In this document: positions 56,765 to 64,000 of the stretch, one piece after another
How positions within the stretch are numbered: the first letter of the stretch is position 1
Layout of the letters: every line of letters starts with the position of its first letter
NCBI GenBank assembly: GCA_046331265.1
Contig: JAXLRE010000003.1
Span: 10,538 to 74,537 of the forward strand
Direction of reading: 5' to 3'
Source of the DNA: Acidimicrobiia bacterium
Lineage (GTDB): Bacteria; Actinomycetota; Acidimicrobiia; IMCC26256; JAGPDB01
Length of the DNA: 64,000 bases
Notes under the pieces: model-generated
Database searches by the model: none
Seen by the model: the letters and a program-made list of their open reading frames with translations, nothing else
What the model was told of the DNA's origin: nothing
Made by a program: the position numbers and the translations under genes

Positions 56765-57678
56765 ATATTGTAATTCCTCCTGAAAATACTCTAGACAGAG
56801 CTGCTTCACTTGCTGCAGGTTGGGATCCAACAAGTAATGAAATCCCAACATATAGTTTTGGTGAACTTTCAAAAGATCTAACTGAATATAAAACATTTTT
56901 CAATGACCTAATCAACAATGTTGCTAATTCAGAACACAATGATTTACTTTCAGAAATAATTGATGTTGATGAGCCAGAAGACTTTCCTTTGATAAATAAC
57001 CCAGTTGAAGAAGAAATGTTAGTTATTGACCCCTCGAAGAGCTCCGAGATTGGTCTATACCCTAAAGCTGCTCTTTGGCAATCAGGATGGAATAATGCAT
57101 TACCTTATGTTTTTGTTAGAAAACAGGTTTATGACAATTTATGTAATGCTGTAGAAATTATTAAATCATTACATGAAGATTTGACACTTTGTGTTACAGA
57201 TGGGTGGCGTTCAATTGAACAACAAAGTGACTTGTATCATTCTTTTTATCCGGAAGGGCATATTGAAGGTGAACCTGTATACGTAAGTAAACCAAATGTC
57301 CAAGACCGATATGCTGCTCCACATCCAAGTGGAGGTGCAGTTGATGTACTTTTAGGAATAAAAGATCAAGCAATACGAATTGGCAGCGATTTAGATTACA
57401 TGGAAGCTCAAGCCAACACTGCACACTTTGAAAACTCAGATGATTATTTGGTGAAATCTATGCGGAGGATATTTACAAATATCATGACTAATGTTGGTTT
57501 TGTCTGTTTGGATTCGGAATGGTGGCATTTTGAGTACGGAACACGTAGATGGGCAGGCAAGAAGAAATGTGAACCACTTTATGGAAATGCATTTATAGAA
57601 CAAGAAGTCTATGAAAATATAAAGCCAGTTAAACATTTAGCAGGAAGCAAAAGATTATATATAGATAAGGTCCAGTAA
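56761..57678 (+). CDS. D-alanyl-D-alanine dipeptidase-like (VanX/DdpX, M15D) with about 105-aa N-terminal extension
   Basis: HPSGGAVDV (HxxGxAxD) and EWWHFEY motifs lie in the C-terminal 200 aa. The N-terminal extension has no recognisable motif. Confidence 0.7.
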   Translation: MNIVIPPENTLDRAASLAAGWDPTSNEIPTYSFGELSKDLTEYKTFFNDLINNVANSEHNDLLSEIIDVDEPEDFPLINNPVEEEMLVIDPSKSSEIGLYPKAALWQSGWNNALPYVFVRKQVYDNLCNAVEIIKSLHEDLTLCVTDGWRSIEQQSDLYHSFYPEGHIEGEPVYVSKPNVQDRYAAPHPSGGAVDVLLGIKDQAIRIGSDLDYMEAQANTAHFENSDDYLVKSMRRIFTNIMTNVGFVCLDSEWWHFEYGTRRWAGKKKCEPLYGNAFIEQEVYENIKPVKHLAGSKRLYIDKVQ

Positions 57679-57679
57679 A

Positions 57680-58498
57680 TTGCCTGAAATTGCTGAAGTA
57701 GAGACATTTAAAACTCAGCTGGAAAAGATTTTAGTAGACAAAACAATTGAACATTTTAATGTTTACCATAATCGAGCAGTGCGTAGGCAAAATATAAAAG
57801 AGTTCATATCCATAGTTGAAAAAACAAAGATCATAGAAATAATTCGTTACGGTAAATATTTATCATTCCATTTAGACAACTCAAAATATTTGAACGTCCA
57901 TTTACGAATGTCTGGTAGATTTCTGATTTTCGATAAAACTACATCCATAGATAATCTGCCTAAACATTCTCATGTTGTCATCTCAACAGATGAGCAATTA
58001 ATTGTTTATATTGATCCAAGAACATTTGGTGAATTTTGGTTAACCGACCATTTGCCTAGCCAAATAAAAAATGGAGTAGACGCGTTCTTATCGAAGTCAA
58101 GTGATTTACTCGAAGCTTTAACTAAAATGAAAAATTCTTCTAGACCTATAAAGTCGATTTTGCTAGATCAAGAAATTATTGCTGGTATAGGAAATATTTA
58201 TTCAGATGAAATCTGTTCTTGTGCGGGCATTAAACCGAGCAGGCAAATGAAGAAAATATCTGAAGACGAATTCAATGTATTAACCAAATGTATATCTAAA
58301 GTTATAAAACAAGCAATAAAAGATAGAGGATCATCCTTAAAAGACGAATCATTCAAAGATTTACATGGGCAGATAGGCTCCTATCAAAACAAACATGTTG
58401 TTCATGCTCGATCAAACTGCAAGAGGTGTGGTCTAAAAGTTACAAAAATAAAAGTCTCAGGCAGGTCAACTTATTTTTGTGATAATTGCCAGAACTAG
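57680..58498 (+). CDS. mutM: formamidopyrimidine-DNA glycosylase
   Basis: TTG start followed by PEIAEVE (catalytic Pro2/Glu3). C-terminal zinc finger CKRCG...CDNCQ. Confidence 0.9.
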   Translation: MPEIAEVETFKTQLEKILVDKTIEHFNVYHNRAVRRQNIKEFISIVEKTKIIEIIRYGKYLSFHLDNSKYLNVHLRMSGRFLIFDKTTSIDNLPKHSHVVISTDEQLIVYIDPRTFGEFWLTDHLPSQIKNGVDAFLSKSSDLLEALTKMKNSSRPIKSILLDQEIIAGIGNIYSDEICSCAGIKPSRQMKKISEDEFNVLTKCISKVIKQAIKDRGSSLKDESFKDLHGQIGSYQNKHVVHARSNCKRCGLKVTKIKVSGRSTYFCDNCQN

Positions 58499-58506
58499 TA
58501 TTGCAA

Positions 58507-58974
58507 CTAGTTAACGCAACGTTCACATACACTTTCGGGGATAACCCCTATTTTCATTAATATGGAAAATATTGCACATCCAAAGCAGAATCCAATGAAT
58601 GATTCAAAACTAGCTGCAATAAGAATCGCGAAAACAAATATTTTTGCAGTTAATACCGAATCGAATACTGTCCAAGATAACAATGCACTCATAGATAGCG
58701 TCGCACCTATACCTTGTGCGAAACGTTTTGGTGGCCCAGGAACTAGTTTGGGTTTTAAACCAAGTTTTGGTGTGATTACCTTTGTAGCCAATTGGCCTAG
58801 AGGGCTTAAAGTTGGGCCAGTCAGCACACGTGCTAGAAACCCATATGCCAACGGTATCAAAATCCACATTTGTGAGAATAAAACAATCACTAAACACATG
58901 GCCACTACACCCGCTGCAACTATGCGTGCAGAATGTTCATTAGCAGGATTTGGAAACGAAAATAGTGATTGCAT
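58507..58974 (-). CDS. DUF4395-like membrane protein
   Basis: 155 aa with four TM segments and an FGCAIF...CERC C-terminus. Confidence 0.55.
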   Translation of the reverse strand: MQSLFSFPNPANEHSARIVAAGVVAMCLVIVLFSQMWILIPLAYGFLARVLTGPTLSPLGQLATKVITPKLGLKPKLVPGPPKRFAQGIGATLSMSALLSWTVFDSVLTAKIFVFAILIAASFESFIGFCFGCAIFSILMKIGVIPESVCERCVN

Positions 58975-59109
58975 CAGATAATGCTAAGCAAATTCTAATG
59001 CGCTATGCAACATATAAAAAGATAAAGAAATCTTTATCGAGAACATACATAGACCTTATCTATCTAATAGAATGATAGGCCATTGGAGATTGGGCGCGAA
59101 AGGGCGTAG

Positions 59110-62100
59110 ATGTTTTTAAAGGCACTTACATTAAAAGGATTTAAGTCGTTTGCTGAAAAAACAGATTTAAGTTTCGAACCAGGAGTTACAGTTGTTGTTG
59201 GTCCTAATGGTTCTGGGAAATCTAACTTAGTAGACGCTATCGCTTGGGTGCTAGGTGCCCAAGGCGCACGTGCCTTGCGTGGCGCAAAAATGGATGACGT
59301 CATATTTGCTGGTACAACGAAAAAGCCAGCACTAGGACGTGCCGAAGTTTCATTGACTATTGATAATAGTGATTCAACATTACCAATCGAATTTAGTGAA
59401 GTGACAATCACTCGTACCTTGTTTAGAAGTGGTGAAAGTGAATATCGTTTAAACGATGTCCCGTGTAGATTATTAGATATTCAAGAGTTATTATCTGATT
59501 CAAGAATTGGTAGAACTCAGCACGTTATTGTTGGTCAAGGTCAGCTCGATTCTGTATTGAATGCTCGTCCTGAAGACCGTCGTGCAATTATTGAAGAAGC
59601 TGCTGGAGTTCTTAAATTTCGAAAACGTCGTGAGAAGGCGCAAAGACGTCTCGAATCTACGGAAGGCAATTTAACAAGACTAAACGATTTGGTTCGTGAA
59701 GTTAAAAGACAGCTAACTCCTCTTCAAAGACAAGCTGATGCTGCTCGTCGACATGATGGAGTACAAGAAGAACTTAAATCAATCAAACTATTTTTAATAG
59801 GAAAAGAAATACAAGGTCTGCAAGGTACCATTTCACGAATTGAAAATGATTCTCTTCGTTATAAGGAAGAAGAAAAAACTCTTCTTTCAGAATTGTCAGA
59901 TCTCGACTCATCAGTTCTTGACGCTGAAACAGCATTGATGAAAGTTGGAGATAGCGATGTTGCTACTTGGCTTACTAGAGCTGAAAGATTAGTAGCTAAA
60001 GCAAATGCAACAAAGGACATGTTGGGTGAACGCAAACGTTCTATCCAGATGCAGCTTGAAGCATCCGCCGATGAATCAGTTATAGAGTCGCTTATTGCGG
60101 AAAGAACTTCACTAGAGAGTGCAATTAAAGAACTCGAAAATTCAAACGAAGTACTAGCTCCGACATTGGAATCTTTAAGAAATGACTATAGGGAATTCAT
60201 GTCGAATTTTGATGGGTTTTTAGAGAATGCTCCTAGCGAGGATGTCGTTTTTGAGTTTGATCAAATGCAAAAAGAAAAGAAACTTCATGAAGAAAATCAT
60301 GTTGTCTTAAAAGATCGCTTAGATTCAGATGTTGCGCGATTAATAAATACTCAGCAAAGATTAGATTTGTTATCACAAGACAACTCGGACGCAAATGAAG
60401 TAATCGAAAGAGAAACAAAAGTCTTTGAAACCTTAAATAGTGACCTTGCATTAGTTAAAACAAATATTGATGGAATGAAGTCAAGCGTTGATCAATTAGA
60501 AAAAGAGAATCAAACTTTAAGAAACCAAAGTGCAAAATCAAAAGCACAATACGAAGTTATAAGTGAAGCATACGAGACGATGGTTGATTCAACAACTATT
60601 AAACAACTATCTCATTTGTCTGGAGTTTTAGGATTATTAATCGAAAATATTTCTATTGATGAAAGAGCAACAGATGCTGTTTCTACAGCTTTGGACTTCT
60701 TAAAAGATTCTATAGTTGTAAAAGATATCGATTCTGCACGAATGGCATTGAAAGAATTATCAACAAAAAATAGTTCTGCCAGATTAATCGTTTTGAATGA
60801 CCAGGTGCGCAACTCTAATGAAGTGCCACAAAACTGTGAACCATTAATTAAATATATTTCATCAAGTGATGAACAACTGATGAAATATTTACAAAATATT
60901 TTGTCTAATACAATGGTTACGGATTTGGATTGGCAACAAGCTTGCGAAATATCTGCACAAAATCCACACTTAACAATAGTCACATTTAATGGGGACAAGT
61001 TTGAAGGTACTCTGAACTGGAGCATCGGTAAAACAACAGCGAAAACGATAACTAAAGAAAATGTTGAACATGCTCAAAGAGAGAGTGAAAATAATTCGCG
61101 TTTACTTGAAGATAATACAAAAGTATTGATTGAAACAAAACACCGTTTAGATCAAGAAATGAAACAAGAATCTAACTTAATAAGTCAGATTAATTCTGTT
61201 AATTCTCGTAAATCAATTGCTTCTCAAACAGCAAGAACAACAGCCTCTGCAATTGAATCACGTAAGAAAGAAGTCGAAACTCTCGAAAATGAAATCGCTC
61301 AATTAAAAGAAATGATTTCTAGCGAGCTAGATCTAATTCAAGAACTAACTCTCAAATTAAATAATTTGCAAGAAATCAAGGATAACTTTGATGAGAAAAA
61401 GACTGAGTTTGATCAAAAACTTAGAGAACATGAATCGACAAAATCTACATTAGAGAACGAAATACGAAGAATTGAAATCGAAAACGAACGTATACAGACA
61501 AGGCTAAACGATTCAAAAATGAGATTAGAGAAAGTATTAAGTCGACTTGCTAAAGATCCTGAGCAAGAACAAAAAGTTTTACAAAGACGTAATGAACTTA
61601 TTGAAGCAATGCGAAGAATTGATGATTTATCAATTCGTGTAAGTGCCGTTGAACAAGGTTCTTCTCGAGTACGTGAAGTGTTAACAGATGAAAGAGAACG
61701 ACAAAAAGTTAAAGCTCATGAATCTACATCGCGTCTTGAATCTTTGCGTAAAACAAGGAAAGAAAAAGAAGAAAATCTTTTGCATATAAGAAACTCTATG
61801 CAAAAAGATGAAATTAATCAGGCAGAAACAAAAACAAAACTTTTCGCCACAATCGAAGCTTTAAGAGCCTCTTTCGATTGTGAACCACAGGTAGCAATCG
61901 ATGCATCAATGCCTGAAGTTACTGAAGGCATGACATTAACTTCAAGAGCTAGAGAGTTAGAACGTGATCTCAAATTAATGGGACCTATCAACCCTCTCGC
62001 AATTAGTGAATACGATGAATTAAACGAAAGACATATTTTCTTAAATGAACAATTAGATGATGTCAAAGCATCTAGACGTGAACTACATAAAGTTATTAAA

Positions 62101-62658
62101 AATATAGATGTAGAAATAGTTACTGTATTTGAAAAAGCTTTCGAAGATGTACAAAAACACTTTTCTGATTTGTTCTCGACACTCTTCTCAGGTGGCGCAG
62201 GTAGACTTACACTTACTGATCCTACTGATATGTTAAATACCGGCATTGAGATGGAAGCACGTCCATCAGGTAAAAATGTAAGAAGACTAAGTCTGCTATC
62301 AGGTGGAGAGCGTTCATTAACTGCTTTGGCATTCCTATTTGCAGTATTTAGATCTCGACCATCTCCTTTCTATGTTATGGACGAAGTTGAAGCTGCTTTA
62401 GATGAACCAAACCTTATGAGATTCTTAGATCTTGTTGCAGAGTTCAGAGATGACGCACAGCTATTAATTGTTTCTCACCAGAAAAAGACAATGGAAGCAG
62501 CAGACGAACTATACGGCGTCTCAATGGCTCCAGGCGGTTCATCGCGTGCAATAAAACAGCGTATTGAACAACCTAGTTCTAAAGAAAACTTTATAGATTT
62601 AAATAAGTTAGAGGAAGAAGAAAACAAGGAAGAGCCTATACTCGAAAGCTCTATATAA
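59110..62658 (+). CDS. smc: chromosome segregation protein SMC
   Basis: 1182 aa. N-terminal Walker A (GPNGSGKSN), long coiled coils, a hinge region, and a C-terminal LSGGE signature with Walker B. Confidence 0.95.
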   Translation: MFLKALTLKGFKSFAEKTDLSFEPGVTVVVGPNGSGKSNLVDAIAWVLGAQGARALRGAKMDDVIFAGTTKKPALGRAEVSLTIDNSDSTLPIEFSEVTITRTLFRSGESEYRLNDVPCRLLDIQELLSDSRIGRTQHVIVGQGQLDSVLNARPEDRRAIIEEAAGVLKFRKRREKAQRRLESTEGNLTRLNDLVREVKRQLTPLQRQADAARRHDGVQEELKSIKLFLIGKEIQGLQGTISRIENDSLRYKEEEKTLLSELSDLDSSVLDAETALMKVGDSDVATWLTRAERLVAKANATKDMLGERKRSIQMQLEASADESVIESLIAERTSLESAIKELENSNEVLAPTLESLRNDYREFMSNFDGFLENAPSEDVVFEFDQMQKEKKLHEENHVVLKDRLDSDVARLINTQQRLDLLSQDNSDANEVIERETKVFETLNSDLALVKTNIDGMKSSVDQLEKENQTLRNQSAKSKAQYEVISEAYETMVDSTTIKQLSHLSGVLGLLIENISIDERATDAVSTALDFLKDSIVVKDIDSARMALKELSTKNSSARLIVLNDQVRNSNEVPQNCEPLIKYISSSDEQLMKYLQNILSNTMVTDLDWQQACEISAQNPHLTIVTFNGDKFEGTLNWSIGKTTAKTITKENVEHAQRESENNSRLLEDNTKVLIETKHRLDQEMKQESNLISQINSVNSRKSIASQTARTTASAIESRKKEVETLENEIAQLKEMISSELDLIQELTLKLNNLQEIKDNFDEKKTEFDQKLREHESTKSTLENEIRRIEIENERIQTRLNDSKMRLEKVLSRLAKDPEQEQKVLQRRNELIEAMRRIDDLSIRVSAVEQGSSRVREVLTDERERQKVKAHESTSRLESLRKTRKEKEENLLHIRNSMQKDEINQAETKTKLFATIEALRASFDCEPQVAIDASMPEVTEGMTLTSRARELERDLKLMGPINPLAISEYDELNERHIFLNEQLDDVKASRRELHKVIKNIDVEIVTVFEKAFEDVQKHFSDLFSTLFSGGAGRLTLTDPTDMLNTGIEMEARPSGKNVRRLSLLSGGERSLTALAFLFAVFRSRPSPFYVMDEVEAALDEPNLMRFLDLVAEFRDDAQLLIVSHQKKTMEAADELYGVSMAPGGSSRAIKQRIEQPSSKENFIDLNKLEEEENKEEPILESSI

Positions 62659-63666
62659 ATGCTTTTATTAAAAACACCTGAACAACTTCTTGAACTGCAA
62701 AGAGCATGTGGTGATGTTGGAACGCGAGGAAAACTTTGTGAGTTGGCTTATGACTTAACAAAGTCTCAACATGTAGCAGAGATTGCTGATACTTTTTCTA
62801 AGCCAGTTCGTGTGCTTTTAATTATTCTTGGTGCGTATTTGGTTAATCTACTAGTCAGGTTCTTCATACGACGTAGCGTTAAAAAATTGGCTAAAGAATC
62901 GTCACGAATTTTTCTTTCCAACATAAAACGTCGAACGGGTATATCAAGGTTAGAAACTTCTGAGCATCCAACATATAGAACTGTTCAACGTGCGCAAACT
63001 ATTGGAATGGCATTACGTGGAATAGCAACTTTTACGATAATTATTGTTTCAATACTTTTAATCCTTGGAACATATCATATAAAACTTGGTCCAATAATTG
63101 CTGGTGCAGGTTTAATTGGAGTTGTTGTAGGTTTTGGCGCACAAAGTATGATCAAAGATTTTCTTGCTGGAATATTTATTATTGTTGAAGACTGGTACGG
63201 CGTAGGTGATGTTATTGACGCAGGTGAAGCTTCTGGAACTGTCGAACAAGTGACATTGCGTGCAACTCGTTTAAGAGATGTCTATGGTGTTGTATGGCAT
63301 ATACCCAATGGTGTGATTCAACGTGCAGGTAATAAATCTCAACAATGGGGTAGAGCTTTATTGGATATTGGTGTGGCGCTTGATACAGACATTGAACTTG
63401 CTCAACGCGTTATTAAAGAAACATCAGATGCTCTAGCTAGCGATCCTAACTATGTTACAGAAGTATTAGATGAACCTGATGTTCTAGGGGTCGAAGAAAT
63501 TGGTACAGACCGTATAGTTATTAGAGTTATTTTAAAAACTACTCCTGCTTCACAATGGAAAATTGCTCGAGAACTTCGTGCCAGAATCAAAGCTGCATTT
63601 GACGAAAACCAGATCGAGTTTCCACCGCCAAGTGCACCTGGTTTCCCAAGAGACGTGATGAAATAA
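62659..63666 (+). CDS. mechanosensitive ion channel (MscS family)
   Basis: 335 aa. GFGAQSMIKDFLAGIFIIVEDWYGVGDVI is the MscS pore-helix/beta-domain junction. Confidence 0.85.
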   Translation: MLLLKTPEQLLELQRACGDVGTRGKLCELAYDLTKSQHVAEIADTFSKPVRVLLIILGAYLVNLLVRFFIRRSVKKLAKESSRIFLSNIKRRTGISRLETSEHPTYRTVQRAQTIGMALRGIATFTIIIVSILLILGTYHIKLGPIIAGAGLIGVVVGFGAQSMIKDFLAGIFIIVEDWYGVGDVIDAGEASGTVEQVTLRATRLRDVYGVVWHIPNGVIQRAGNKSQQWGRALLDIGVALDTDIELAQRVIKETSDALASDPNYVTEVLDEPDVLGVEEIGTDRIVIRVILKTTPASQWKIARELRARIKAAFDENQIEFPPPSAPGFPRDVMK

Positions 63667-63708
63667 CACAATCGAAAACTATTTTTTTCTAGCTACTAAT
63701 ATCAATAT

Positions 63709-64000
63709 ATGACACAAAATGCGAAACTCCCATACAGCCCAGCTCGAAAAGCAGGAAATTTTATTTTTACTGCAGGTCAAATAGGTCGTGACCCCGAAAC
63801 GCTTGAAGCTAAAGCTGGTATTGAAGATCAAATGCATCAAACAATGAAAAATTTAAAGTTACATCTTGAAAATAACGGAGCAAGCTTTTCAGATGTGATT
63901 AAGATCAATATTTATTTAACTAACATGGACGATTATGAGAAATGCAATGAAATATACGCACAATATGTGACAGAACCTTACCCTGCTAGAACTGCAATTG
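63709..64000 (+). CDS. ridA: RidA/YjgF family protein (C-terminus beyond window end)
   Basis: Not in the track because it is truncated. My translation is MTQNAKLPYSPARKAGNFIFTAGQIGRDPETLE...NIYLTNMDDY...PARTAI, typical of RidA. Confidence 0.8.
   Translation, partial: MTQNAKLPYSPARKAGNFIFTAGQIGRDPETLEAKAGIEDQMHQTMKNLKLHLENNGASFSDVIKINIYLTNMDDYEKCNEIYAQYVTEPYPARTAI

Noticed and set aside
24440-57678. VanW (24440-26365), ddl (43124-44212) and the VanX-like gene (56761-57678) considered as a vancomycin-resistance system
   Set aside because: The genes are 17 to 30 kb apart and sit in housekeeping contexts. There is no vanH/vanA-type ligase-dehydrogenase pair and no vanRS. The ddl looks like an ordinary D-Ala-D-Ala ligase.
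58493-58512. AACTAGT-ATTGCA-ACTAGTT hairpin between convergent mutM and the DUF4395 gene as a bidirectional terminator
   Set aside because: The 7-bp stem is AT-rich with no flanking T or A runs, and it overlaps the mutM stop. It is too weak to annotate.

Overview
The window reads as a gene-dense (about 90% coding), visibly AT-rich chromosomal segment. Its core gene order is the classical actinobacterial one: leuA-leuD-leuC, ilvE-leuB-cimA, gltX followed by tRNA-Gln and tRNA-Glu, hup (HU), plsC-gpsA, ddl, recG-rsmD-coaD, yceD-rpmF-plsX-acp-rnc-mutM-smc. My inference is a streamlined low-GC actinobacterium. All product calls rest on motifs I recognise in the supplied translations, because no database search was possible. 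I found no rRNA, CRISPR array, transposase, integrase, prophage or recognisable defence system.

The signals worth following up are structural, and all are hypotheses.
1. A 4.9-kb insertion lies between tRNA-Gln and tRNA-Glu. It carries two convergent paralogous surface-protein genes that share a perfect 101-bp in-frame inverted repeat. Inversion between the copies would swap a CAP/SCP C-terminal domain from one gene to the other.
2. A roughly 55-nt structured palindromic element (CCCGTGTTGGG ... CTATCG-N5-CGATAGAAAATC ... AACAC) occurs in three copies. Two of them form a perfect 56-bp inverted repeat bracketing a threonine-aldolase-like gene that is inserted into the normally contiguous yceD-rpmF pair. 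The third sits just 5' of an AsnC/RAM-domain gene.
3. HU and its Lys/Ala-rich histone-like tail are separate ORFs in different frames. They are joined across an A6 run, and the tail carries a perfect 60-bp tandem repeat.
4. An ACP-like ORF lacks the phosphopantetheinylation serine.
5. The 3' end of tRNA-Glu is tandemly duplicated.

Two tRNAs, rpmF and the truncated leuA were absent from the ORF track and were found by reading the sequence.
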